Shown here: piece after piece, positions 1-8,411 of the stretch
Layout of the letters: every line of letters starts with the position of its first letter
How positions within the stretch are numbered: position 1 is the first letter of the stretch
Source of the DNA: a virus
Taxonomy: Duplodnaviria > Caudoviricetes
Virus record (IMG/VR): IMGVR_UViG_3300032323_003414
Location: 1-58,208 of that record
DNA: 58,208 nucleotides
Strand: one strand, 5' to 3'
Notes under the pieces: generated by a model
What the model saw: the letters and a program-made list of their open reading frames with translations, nothing else
What the model was told of the DNA's origin: nothing
Databases searched by the model: none
Program-made: the position numbers and the translations under genes

Positions 1-146
1 CAGACATGGGGCAAATGGACTCGGCATTCCGTCGTGTTGCTCCATTAGAAGGAGAACTCGAACAGAAACACAAGTCATTCAATCAGTTTGTTGCTGGCGA
101 TATACAACATGCTTTGTTTAGAGATTGGCCAGATACTAATCTATAA
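1..146 (+). CDS. 3' end of a hypothetical protein (partial)
   Basis: Frame 3 is open from the window edge (DMGQMDSAFRRVAPLEGELEQKHKSFNQFVAGDIQHALFRDWPDTNL) to TAA at 144-146. Confidence 0.6.
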   Translation, partial: DMGQMDSAFRRVAPLEGELEQKHKSFNQFVAGDIQHALFRDWPDTNL

Positions 147-155
147 CACACTTTG

Positions 156-227
156 AGAACTTCTACGAAGTTCTATTCATTTCGCTTACGCTCATGAATG
201 TATTATTAAGAGATGAGCGAAGCGAAA
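156..227. repeat. Inverted repeat / hairpin cluster
   Basis: AGAACTTC-TAC-GAAGTTCT at 156-174 is a perfect 8-bp stem; TTTCGCTTACGCTCAT (180-195) pairs with ATGAGCGAAGCGAAA (213-227) with one bulge. Confidence 0.8.
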
Positions 228-605
228 CAGTTATCATCCAGATACCATGGTCACACTTTGCCCGCACAGGGCAAAGTAAAAACTGTCATCATCCGAGTAC
301 GAACAGTCACTTAGCGTTACAGCATTACAGAGGCGGTTGTCCGGTACCTCGAGCTGTGTCTTTATCACAACGGCGGCTTACATAAAATACGCTAACATCT
401 TACGTAAACGTGTAGCATCACTGCTACGTCTTTTTCCCTTTATATTCTATTCAAACAATCAAACCGCAGGTGTTTGCGATCGTGGTCCTGTCAAGGATAC
501 TGATTGAGTGCTCGTTACAGCGACGAGACTTCGGATTTCTGCGACACTGGGTCCAGGTTTCTACTGTTCGGCACACGATGTTGACCTGTGCGAGTCTTTA
601 CTGTG
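228..605 (-). ncRNA. Candidate structured non-coding RNA (family unassigned)
   Basis: No convincing ORF. Stems at 255-263/269-277, 282-286/303-307, 412-417/422-427 (GUGA GNRA loop on the minus strand), 465-468/475-478, 486-489/494-497 and 511-515/523-527. Lies directly downstream of the minus-strand operon. Strand is tentative. Confidence 0.45.
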
Positions 606-615
606 TAATAAGAAG

Positions 616-1641
616 TTATTGTGCTTCTATAAAATTTAAAATAGTATCTTTGTATGCCTGATGTTGTTTAGGTCCAGGATGTATGTCGTCAGATCCTAAA
701 TCTAAAAACTTTTGTGATAGTTGAGAGTTTTTGTAATGAAGTTGATGGGGAATATGTATGTAATTTTTTTGTGACTGTAAAAATCCCAGCAGACTGAAGT
801 TGTTAGGAAATACGCCAACTATGAATAATTTTGAACTAATTTTTTTGCAATAATTTAAAACTTGTTGTATAGAGTAAAAATGATTGTAAAATGTCTGTTG
901 AGAAAGCAACTGATCAATGTCGATAATACTGTTGTATTCAGGATGTTCTTGATAGGTGGATGTGTTAATGCCTTGCAATAGTTTATTGTCGTGGACGTAA
1001 GTCAACCTGTTCCAAGACGTCAAACCCCATATAACCAGGTCGCCAGCTTGTATATCCGATCTTAAAATTTGATCAGCGGCCCAGTTGATAGCAGATCCAG
1101 GGCGAGTTAAAAAACTACATTCTAAGTTCAAAGCGTCAGCCAATAAAGCACCATAACGTTGTCTAGAAGTTACGCCAATTCCGTGACTGATACTACATCC
1201 TGCAATCCACAGCTGAGGTTTTTCTGTTTTACGACAGTCAACCAATGGTATTGGGTCATGATCCAATGGACTAAAAGGATCAAAGTTTTTTATTTCAATT
1301 GATTTTGGTAACAACAATAATAAAATTTCTGTAAAGCCGTGTGTGCTTTGATCAGGGTTTATGATATCAAAATTTTTGTTATCTGACCATGTCTCGGGTC
1401 GACAATAAAAAATTGTATCAGCCTGACAAAGAATATTATAAACAGTTTCTAAATTTTTTGGTAAATCGCCTAGTGATGTGTATACTGTTGTACTGGATTT
1501 CAGCGGAGACATTATTTTTTTATAATTGTGTTGATCTAACAGCCAAGCAGACTGATCATACTCTTTAGCAATCTCTGCAAGGTAAACAGAGACATCGCCT
1601 AAAAATATTGTTAGTTTGTTTTGAACTGAATGATCTTTCAT
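616..1641 (-). CDS. SGNH/GDSL hydrolase-fold protein with an extra N-terminal domain
   Basis: Block I-like IAGCSISHGIG, PGSAI, and C-terminal DDIHPG (DxxH) motif. Confidence 0.7.
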   Translation of the reverse strand: MKDHSVQNKLTIFLGDVSVYLAEIAKEYDQSAWLLDQHNYKKIMSPLKSSTTVYTSLGDLPKNLETVYNILCQADTIFYCRPETWSDNKNFDIINPDQSTHGFTEILLLLLPKSIEIKNFDPFSPLDHDPIPLVDCRKTEKPQLWIAGCSISHGIGVTSRQRYGALLADALNLECSFLTRPGSAINWAADQILRSDIQAGDLVIWGLTSWNRLTYVHDNKLLQGINTSTYQEHPEYNSIIDIDQLLSQQTFYNHFYSIQQVLNYCKKISSKLFIVGVFPNNFSLLGFLQSQKNYIHIPHQLHYKNSQLSQKFLDLGSDDIHPGPKQHQAYKDTILNFIEAQ

Positions 1642-2066
1642 ATTTTATTTTTAATGTGACTACCGTGTACACGCACTTGTATGTGCCCGTTGTAGTAATC
1701 ATCGCTTTCTAACACACGTCTTGAGAATTGTTCGCGAGCTTCTATGTAACTACATTCAGCCTTGGACCTACAGTAATACAAAATTTCGCGAGTGAAGTTT
1801 TCTGTGCCTAACAGTTCAACATCTCGAGATAACTCCGGAGAACTGCCATAATATGTTTGCCAATCTGAGTCTATGGTGCCACGAATTTTTTTACGTTTTT
1901 TGTTGCCGTTTTTGAGTTTGACTACTTTGTATGTTGTTCGTTTAAATTTTGCTAGTTTTTTGCCAATGTACATTCTGCCAGTTAGTTTATTTGTGATCAA
2001 ATAAACAAACCCTGCACAATCTTCGGGTAACTCCGTAATTTCTTGCGATTCGAAAAGCCATGCCAT
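1638..2066 (-). CDS. GIY-YIG endonuclease (T4 endonuclease II-like)
   Basis: GFVYLITNKLTGRMYIGKK, YYGSS, E...YYN; 142 aa. Confidence 0.8.
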   Translation of the reverse strand: MAWLFESQEITELPEDCAGFVYLITNKLTGRMYIGKKLAKFKRTTYKVVKLKNGNKKRKKIRGTIDSDWQTYYGSSPELSRDVELLGTENFTREILYYCRSKAECSYIEAREQFSRRVLESDDYYNGHIQVRVHGSHIKNKI

Positions 2067-2083
2067 GAATTGTAGTTACCATT

Positions 2084-3097
2084 TTACCACTCTGTTGCGT
2101 ATTTTTCATCTACCCTACTTGTATTACACTTTGTTTGGCATTCCTGCCACCCAAAACTTTTAAATGTTGTTTCCCAAAAATTATCAGTTACAGCATCGCT
2201 CAAATTACGTTGATTCAAATCAAACTTGTTAGCAATGCCTTTCCAATCAGAGTTGTGACTATAGCGATTAGCAACCCAACAGCAAGGAAACAGTCGACCA
2301 CGGGCATCAATGTATAGACCTTTGTTGCCAATTTCACACAACGGTCGTACACCGTTAACTTCGTTGACTGATTTATAAAGTTGAATATTTTTTGCATGCA
2401 CTTTGTTGTTCAACCCACGAGTGCTTAATAGTATAACATCTCTTTCAAATCTATGCGAGTTACTTACAAGTTTTTTACTAGGCTCAAGTGGGTCGTTAAC
2501 TCCGTAACTGGGATAGACTGTGCCAAACTTTGTGCTTTTAGTAATTTGTATAGCATCAAATCCTTGTTCTTGTGCCATGGTTACCATGTCAATCAAATGG
2601 TCTTCGTTGAACTTGAATGCAATAGCGTCCCATACTGTGCGACATCTGCTGGTTGATCGCAAACTTGCAACACCTGCCAGTATGCTGTTAAAATCACTGT
2701 TAACACGGTACAAGTTGTTGGACTCGTTGTTCCAGCCATCTATACTAAAGTGTACAGTGTCAGTGTCCGCTAATGTACAACCTAACTCTTTCCACCACTC
2801 TGACTTTTTGTGACTGCCATTGGTAACAATCACAATCTCAACTGGTTTGACACTTTTAATATATTTGATCACTGGTATAAGATCGTGTGCGTAGATAGGG
2901 TCACCATCGTCGCCGCAGAATGTGATCTTTTCTACATTGTTGATGATAAACTCTTTGGTAAAATTTTTTTTAAAAAATTCTAAATCTAGTTCAGTGTTGA
3001 CCAAACTGTCCGGAACTTCTTGCCGAGCACAACGAGGGCATCGCAAAGTACACTTGCTTGAAATCTCTATATGAAAATGCCAGGTTGCTAGACTCAT
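2084..3097 (-). CDS. Radical SAM protein with C-terminal SPASM/twitch domain
   Basis: CTLRCPRC (CxxxCxxC), GDDGDP, TNG; C-terminal C...IDARGRLFPCC...CQTKC. Confidence 0.9.
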   Translation of the reverse strand: MSLATWHFHIEISSKCTLRCPRCARQEVPDSLVNTELDLEFFKKNFTKEFIINNVEKITFCGDDGDPIYAHDLIPVIKYIKSVKPVEIVIVTNGSHKKSEWWKELGCTLADTDTVHFSIDGWNNESNNLYRVNSDFNSILAGVASLRSTSRCRTVWDAIAFKFNEDHLIDMVTMAQEQGFDAIQITKSTKFGTVYPSYGVNDPLEPSKKLVSNSHRFERDVILLSTRGLNNKVHAKNIQLYKSVNEVNGVRPLCEIGNKGLYIDARGRLFPCCWVANRYSHNSDWKGIANKFDLNQRNLSDAVTDNFWETTFKSFGWQECQTKCNTSRVDEKYATEW

Positions 3098-4857
3098 GTA
3101 ATTTCTACATCTGTGTTATAACTTGTAAAGCCATTTTCTTTGACTACTTTTAAAATGTTCTCTACACGACCAGCCAGTTCATCGCGATGCGATACTAGCC
3201 AAATTGATTTGTGACGCTCTCGACTCATCTTCTTCAGCAAGGCCAAACTATTTTCTACGCCCTGTGTGTCCATACCCGAGTCAACTAATTCGTCAATAAA
3301 CAGCAAGTTGATAGGTGAGTACAAACTTTCCCAAACATCGCGGAATGCCCAACTCATACTTAAAATAAGTCGATTGCGTTCGCCACGACTCAAGTTATCA
3401 AAATCAAGATCTCGGCCAAGTTCTGTGATTTCAACGTTGAGATCGTTTTGAAATATGACCTGATGCGGCAGTCCAATACGATCCAGGTAGTGAGTGAGTC
3501 GAGCATTCAAGTAACTTAAATTTTGTTCAATGATCTTCTTACGTATAAACGAATCTTTGTTGGTCAAAAGTTTAAGTAAAAAATCTTGGTGTTCCTGCAG
3601 TCTTGTGAGCTCGTTGAGAGTATCATAGGTTACTACTTGCAAAGCCTGACCGGTCATTTCTTCAATTTGTTCGCCGTATGGATCAGTTTCAGCAGATTTT
3701 TCGGCAATTTGTTTTTCTAAATTGGTCAATGTTGCCTGGTGATGTACAGCATCGGCTTCGTTGTCATAGAACATCTTAGGTGGTTTACCTAACGTGCCCA
3801 GGGAGTCGTGGGCAGCCTGTAGTTCTGATAAGAGGTTGCTGTGTTCCTGGCTTGCCGCTCTTGCACCTGCCAAATCTTTCTGTTTCGCTTCCATAACTTG
3901 TTGGTGCTTATTGTCGTGGAACGGTTGACCACATGTGTGACAGGTGTGAGACTCAAGTGTTGCAATCTCTTTGCTAAGTTTTTCAACGCTTTTGTTTTCT
4001 CGATCCACATCAAGTTTCGTGCGGGAGATCTGGCCAGATAAGTCGTTGATATCCTTGCGTTTCTGATCCCAAATTTTGTACGCCTTGTGCGCTTCAATCT
4101 CCGCTTCAATGTCGATCTTCTTAAGCTCTTCCAGCGCCGTTTGCAACTTTTCAATCTCTTCATCATGTTTTATTATCCACATTGTTTGTCGCCGACGTAG
4201 ATTTTCGATTTGTTCCTCAATGCGTTTGTTGGCTTCCTGTACTGCACGAATACGCATTTCTTCTTGTGTAATGCCGTCTTTGGTTTCTCTGTTGAGTTCT
4301 TTGATGCGTTCAGCACGTTCGCTGAGCAAGGTAATTCCAAGAAGTTGTTCAATGATAGCTCTTTGATCATTGGCCTTAAGACTCAAAAACGGTTCAGTGT
4401 ATGTGTTTAATGCCAGCACATGTTTGAACATGTCATGCGTCATACCCAAGGCTGCCTCTATAGCATCTTGTGTTTCACGACTGTCACCCTGGCTGTTGTC
4501 ATCTGCGGCTTGTTCTTCGTTGTTGACATAAAACTTTAACACATTGGGTTTACGACCGCGTTCAATCTTGTAGTCTCGGCCGTTAATATTAAAGTCCAGG
4601 CTGACCAACATGTTTTTGCCATTGGTTTTGTTGATTAGATTGTCTCTGCGAATGTTGGTAAGAGCTTGGCCATACAACGCATAACTCAAGGCATTGATAA
4701 TTGTAGTCTTGCCTGTGCCGTTGCGACTACCGTCTCCTCCAAGATCCAAATTTTCACCCAACACCAGTGTGAGGTCTCTGCGGTCAAAGTTAATGGCCTG
4801 TGTGGCATTGCCCACACTCATAAAGTTTTTAACGGTGAGATCTTTTATTTGGATCAT
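3094..4857 (-). CDS. gp46: Recombination nuclease ATPase subunit (SbcC/Rad50-like, T4 gp46)
   Basis: Walker A NGTGKTT, coiled coil with zinc hook CHTC, signature LSRGE, Walker B LLFIDE, SH switch. Confidence 0.95.
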   Translation of the reverse strand: MIQIKDLTVKNFMSVGNATQAINFDRRDLTLVLGENLDLGGDGSRNGTGKTTIINALSYALYGQALTNIRRDNLINKTNGKNMLVSLDFNINGRDYKIERGRKPNVLKFYVNNEEQAADDNSQGDSRETQDAIEAALGMTHDMFKHVLALNTYTEPFLSLKANDQRAIIEQLLGITLLSERAERIKELNRETKDGITQEEMRIRAVQEANKRIEEQIENLRRRQTMWIIKHDEEIEKLQTALEELKKIDIEAEIEAHKAYKIWDQKRKDINDLSGQISRTKLDVDRENKSVEKLSKEIATLESHTCHTCGQPFHDNKHQQVMEAKQKDLAGARAASQEHSNLLSELQAAHDSLGTLGKPPKMFYDNEADAVHHQATLTNLEKQIAEKSAETDPYGEQIEEMTGQALQVVTYDTLNELTRLQEHQDFLLKLLTNKDSFIRKKIIEQNLSYLNARLTHYLDRIGLPHQVIFQNDLNVEITELGRDLDFDNLSRGERNRLILSMSWAFRDVWESLYSPINLLFIDELVDSGMDTQGVENSLALLKKMSRERHKSIWLVSHRDELAGRVENILKVVKENGFTSYNTDVEIT

Positions 4858-6374
4858 ATGTTATTATAAACAATCTTTCGGTAGTTGTCTAGCTCGGGCA
4901 GATAATCTTTGAGTTCAATATCTCTAGATTGGTCGAGCTTGTTGTTGATGTTGTAAAACTGAGCCAAAGAAGCAAAGTCAATTACATGTTGATTCTCAAA
5001 GTGGTTGATATAACCATTGATGCTACTGGCCAGCAACGGGTCGTTGGCATAGCACATCAGCGTTTGTGCTCGGTGCAATGATTCTAACGCTTGATCTTTG
5101 AATGGATAAACAAACGGAGACATCCACTGTGGACCTTCGGCCAACTGACAATGTACCAAGGTGTTAGGAAATTCACTGTCAATAAATGCCAGTAACTTGT
5201 CCAAACTTGAAATGTTATAAATTGAAACAGTAACATTAACAGTGACTCGATGGTGCTGTTCTCTCAAGTATCTAATGTTTTCAACAATGGTATTCCAATC
5301 AGCAGGCCATCGTATGTAATAGTTAAGATCTTGAAATCCATCTATACTAAAAACAAACTGAAAATTAGAAAAGTTTTTTAGTTGATTTTTAAAACGAGCA
5401 CTGAGTTTGGTGCCATTAGTATTAACCAGCATCTCAAAATCTGTGTTAGCATTGTTGATGCAGTCATCAAGAAACTGGTAGAATGCAGGCATTACCATGG
5501 GCTCGCCACCGGCTACATAGAGTTTTTTAAGATTATCGAACTTAATAATTTCAAAGCCAGATGTGTGTCTTTTTGGCAGCAGGTCAACTACTCCAATATT
5601 GAGTTTTTTATACTCTCGGGCAATAAGGTGACTGTTAAGGGGATTACAAGTTCTGCACTGTAGATTACACTTGTTGTCTGGACGTACTTCATAATATGCT
5701 GGTGCAACAATCTCATCAAGATCTTCAAGACTGTTAATATTCAAAATATTAGCCCACTCCACAGTTTCTTGTTGTCTAGCACTGAGGATACCTTTGTTTT
5801 CAAGACGATAACAAGAATCACAATGCTCGGGCAACAGTTCTCCAGCAATCATCTTTTGTCTAATAGCAACATAGTTTGGGTCAGTTTTAAAATCTTTAAG
5901 CTCTGACAGTTTCACAATTGGAGTATCCGACCTACAACATACTGTGGTAGAATCAAAATTTGTCAACATCTCAATAAAGGGGAATATACAAAAACTTTTG
6001 TTTTTCTTGACAAGGTCTTCAAAAAACTCAATGTTGTCTTTGTATGTTACATTTAGAAATTTTATTTTAGTTTTAAGACTGTTAAGTAGTCGAACTGTGA
6101 GATAAAAAGAATTAGGATGCTCCCATTGAGTTTTAGGTTGATCCAGCATGATTACCAGATCAAACTCTTCGCAAAGATTTTTCAGTTTCCCAAAAGCCAC
6201 ATCGTACACACTAGAATGATAGTACCCATTTTCTAGATACTGTGCTGAGGTAATTGGACGGTCGAGCTCACTTAGCAGTCCGTGGCATGGCATGTCAGCA
6301 TCGGCGGAGAGCTTTCGTGTTTTAGTATCTGTATCTACAGTATTGTTACCAAGGCATAATACTTTTTTTATCAT
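4854..6374 (-). CDS. Radical SAM protein with twitch domain N-terminal to the core, plus an extra N-terminal domain
   Basis: FCIFPF...VCC...CDSC followed by CNLQCRTC, AGGEP, NTNG, SIDG. Confidence 0.9.
   Translation of the reverse strand: MIKKVLCLGNNTVDTDTKTRKLSADADMPCHGLLSELDRPITSAQYLENGYYHSSVYDVAFGKLKNLCEEFDLVIMLDQPKTQWEHPNSFYLTVRLLNSLKTKIKFLNVTYKDNIEFFEDLVKKNKSFCIFPFIEMLTNFDSTTVCCRSDTPIVKLSELKDFKTDPNYVAIRQKMIAGELLPEHCDSCYRLENKGILSARQQETVEWANILNINSLEDLDEIVAPAYYEVRPDNKCNLQCRTCNPLNSHLIAREYKKLNIGVVDLLPKRHTSGFEIIKFDNLKKLYVAGGEPMVMPAFYQFLDDCINNANTDFEMLVNTNGTKLSARFKNQLKNFSNFQFVFSIDGFQDLNYYIRWPADWNTIVENIRYLREQHHRVTVNVTVSIYNISSLDKLLAFIDSEFPNTLVHCQLAEGPQWMSPFVYPFKDQALESLHRAQTLMCYANDPLLASSINGYINHFENQHVIDFASLAQFYNINNKLDQSRDIELKDYLPELDNYRKIVYNNI
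4863..4891 (-). promoter_or_regulatory. Sigma70-type promoter for gp46 (probably leaderless)
   Basis: Minus strand TAGACA-17 nt-TATAAT ending 5 nt before the gp46 ATG. Confidence 0.6.
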
Positions 6375-7387
6375 AGCGCCTGATATATTTGTAATAGCAA
6401 TTTAGGATCGTAAAATTCTGATTCAATCTTGGTGATCTGATCTGTGACAATCTGATCCACAGACTCAAATCGAATTTCGCCTGGGGCTAAGTCCTCTTCC
6501 AGGGCTGACCGCTTGTTGGGCATCAATGCCATTTCTCTAAGATTGTGTTTGGTTATAAACGTATCCTTGATAAACCCAGCCTCTTCGTAGCTAATTTCAA
6601 TGTCTAACTGCACACGCACATGCATGTTGGGTCGAAGCAGTTGATCTCCGCGATCGATAAGAGTTGAAAGATCAAACACATTGTACAATGGTTGATCGGC
6701 CCAGGCATGATACCTGGGTTCTTGACCCCATTCTAATATCATGCACCCGCGCTGGTCGTCTCCGGCATCGGCAAAGTTATGAGGAAATGCATTACCAATG
6801 TAGTTGATGTTGTTTTTGTGTTGTCGTAAGTGGAAGTGCCCAGAGAACACTTTGTCATAGTGCCCAAAGTGTGCGGCTTGTATTTCTCCATGGTCGGGCA
6901 TTTCTACCATAGCATTCATTTTGAAATGTGGAAGTTCAAAGTGTCCAAACATATACTTGCTGGACATTTTTTGTATGCGCTTATGATCATCGCCCACCAG
7001 CCAAGGAGCAATTATGACATCACCTTCGTGGAACCAATCGTTGCACACATGTATGTTGGGCAAGTGTCGAGCCCAGGCAGCACCGTGAATGTCACGCTTG
7101 TCTCTGTAGTAGAGATCATGATTGCCAGGAATAAAAAAGAATTGACTGAATGCTGCCGACAGCTTTTCCAGCGCCTGCAAGCTAAAGTTCAAAGTCTGTA
7201 GATTGATTGAAGCACGGTGATGGTGCCAGTCGCCCAAAAACATTCCAGTCTCACAGCCCTGCTCTCGAGCAGTTGCAATGATCCAATCTACAAACTTTTC
7301 GCAATCCTGATTGTGTATGAGGCTATTCGATTTCAGTCCAAAATGGATGTCAGTGAAAACGATAGCCTTCTTGAATAAGTTGGCCAT
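6371..7387 (-). CDS. gp47: Recombination nuclease subunit (SbcD/Mre11-like, T4 gp47)
   Basis: Metallophosphoesterase motifs DIHFG, GDWHH, GNHD, GHFH; near gp46 and gp55. Confidence 0.95.
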   Translation of the reverse strand: MANLFKKAIVFTDIHFGLKSNSLIHNQDCEKFVDWIIATAREQGCETGMFLGDWHHHRASINLQTLNFSLQALEKLSAAFSQFFFIPGNHDLYYRDKRDIHGAAWARHLPNIHVCNDWFHEGDVIIAPWLVGDDHKRIQKMSSKYMFGHFELPHFKMNAMVEMPDHGEIQAAHFGHYDKVFSGHFHLRQHKNNINYIGNAFPHNFADAGDDQRGCMILEWGQEPRYHAWADQPLYNVFDLSTLIDRGDQLLRPNMHVRVQLDIEISYEEAGFIKDTFITKHNLREMALMPNKRSALEEDLAPGEIRFESVDQIVTDQITKIESEFYDPKLLLQIYQAL

Positions 7388-7395
7388 AGAGTAGC

Positions 7396-7424
7396 AGTAT
7401 ACTATTCTTCGGGACTGTTTGCAA
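7396..7424 (-). promoter_or_regulatory. Sigma70-type promoter for gp47
   Basis: Minus strand TTGCAA-17 nt-TATACT, 8 nt before the ATG; no Shine-Dalgarno. Confidence 0.55.
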
Positions 7425-8295
7425 CCGCTTCGGCTGCTTTGTTATGACTTTCGGAAAATTGTCGTGTCCAGCTAGGATTGAGTCCGTTTAATTCTAAGAT
7501 ATCATCACGAATATTTTGCATCTTCTTTTCAATGTTTAACACACGAGTAAAGCTGTTAGTGATAGCGGCAGTATAATACGCAAAAGGGTTCTGCGATTTT
7601 GATTCATCGAACTGCAAGCCAATTTGGCTGAGTTGTAGCAAGGCTTGTCCCCGCATTTCTTCGTTGTATGTGTATCCACGCCAGTTACTCCTTGTAGCAT
7701 ATCTTTCGCACAATTTGATAAACATGTGAGCCAATTTATTGGTCATTTTGCCATGATCTCTGCAGAACTCGCCCCCATCTAAGGTACCCTTCCAGTGCGA
7801 TTTGCCCACCAAAAACGGCTGTTTTTCTTCGTCCAAACGATAGTGATAGAAGGGAGGAAAGTTCAATCTCACATAGTTCATGTCCAGCACAGGTACTTCT
7901 ACCAATTCCTCTAAACCGTCAGATTCGATAGAATCATCAAGCTCTAACAGCTCTTCCATCTTGCTTTTTTTGGCTTGTGCTTTGGTTTGTTTTTTAGGAG
8001 CCATGGGTATATGCTCCCAGCAAGTGATGCGAAACACAAGATCTGTGTGCGGAATTTTTTTGTCGTTAACAACCTCGCCGGTTTCGCGTTTGATACGGTC
8101 AGCACGATTTCTACGTGCTTCGGCAACAGTGCGTTGATTGATTTTTTCCAGCGATGGCAAAATAATATCATACTGGTGATCCAGCACAGGATCGCGATAT
8201 GAACAGTAGGTGTTTTTGCTGAAATGTATTTCTTTTAAGATATCTCTATTGTTGAGATAATTGACTTTTTTAGGTGTTGCGGGCGTAGTAGCCAT
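7402..8295 (-). CDS. gp55: Late-transcription sigma factor (T4 gp55-like)
   Basis: NYLNN N-terminus and NWRGYTYNEEM...FDESKSQNPFAYYT...F...LNIEKK; synteny with gp47/gp46. Confidence 0.88.
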   Translation of the reverse strand: MATTPATPKKVNYLNNRDILKEIHFSKNTYCSYRDPVLDHQYDIILPSLEKINQRTVAEARRNRADRIKRETGEVVNDKKIPHTDLVFRITCWEHIPMAPKKQTKAQAKKSKMEELLELDDSIESDGLEELVEVPVLDMNYVRLNFPPFYHYRLDEEKQPFLVGKSHWKGTLDGGEFCRDHGKMTNKLAHMFIKLCERYATRSNWRGYTYNEEMRGQALLQLSQIGLQFDESKSQNPFAYYTAAITNSFTRVLNIEKKMQNIRDDILELNGLNPSWTRQFSESHNKAAEAVANSPEE

Positions 8296-8323
8296 GAGTG
8301 GAAGTTCTCCTTGTAATGTAGTT

Positions 8324-8351
8324 ATTATACAACACTCTCACCGTTTGTCAA
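8324..8351 (-). promoter_or_regulatory. Consensus sigma70 promoter for gp55
   Basis: Minus strand TTGACA-16 nt-TATAAT, followed by an AAGGAG RBS (8307-8312). Confidence 0.75.
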
Positions 8352-8366
8352 ACCTTTTGTGCGATT

Positions 8367-8396
8367 AACTTAGCCGTTTTTGTTGTCGGTAAATAC
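8367..8396 (+). promoter_or_regulatory. Putative late promoter
   Basis: TAAATA at 8390-8395 (T4 late TATAAATA-like) with upstream AACTTAGCCGTT; precedes the first structural gene. Confidence 0.55.
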
Positions 8397-8411
8397 AACA
8401 AGGGAATTACT

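Noticed and set aside
365-385. ACAACGGCGGCTTAC resembling the RNase P RNA 3' consensus
   Set aside because: No matching GAGGAAAGUCC 5' element was found, so the P4 helix cannot be built
194-661. Short ORFs 194-385 and 470-661 on the plus strand
   Set aside because: No recognisable motifs or RBS; they overlap the hairpin-rich region and are probably chance ORFs
1638-2066. Mobile homing endonuclease or intron
   Set aside because: It is a short stand-alone catalytic domain without a DNA-binding extension or an interrupted host gene; it fits an endonuclease II-like gene better
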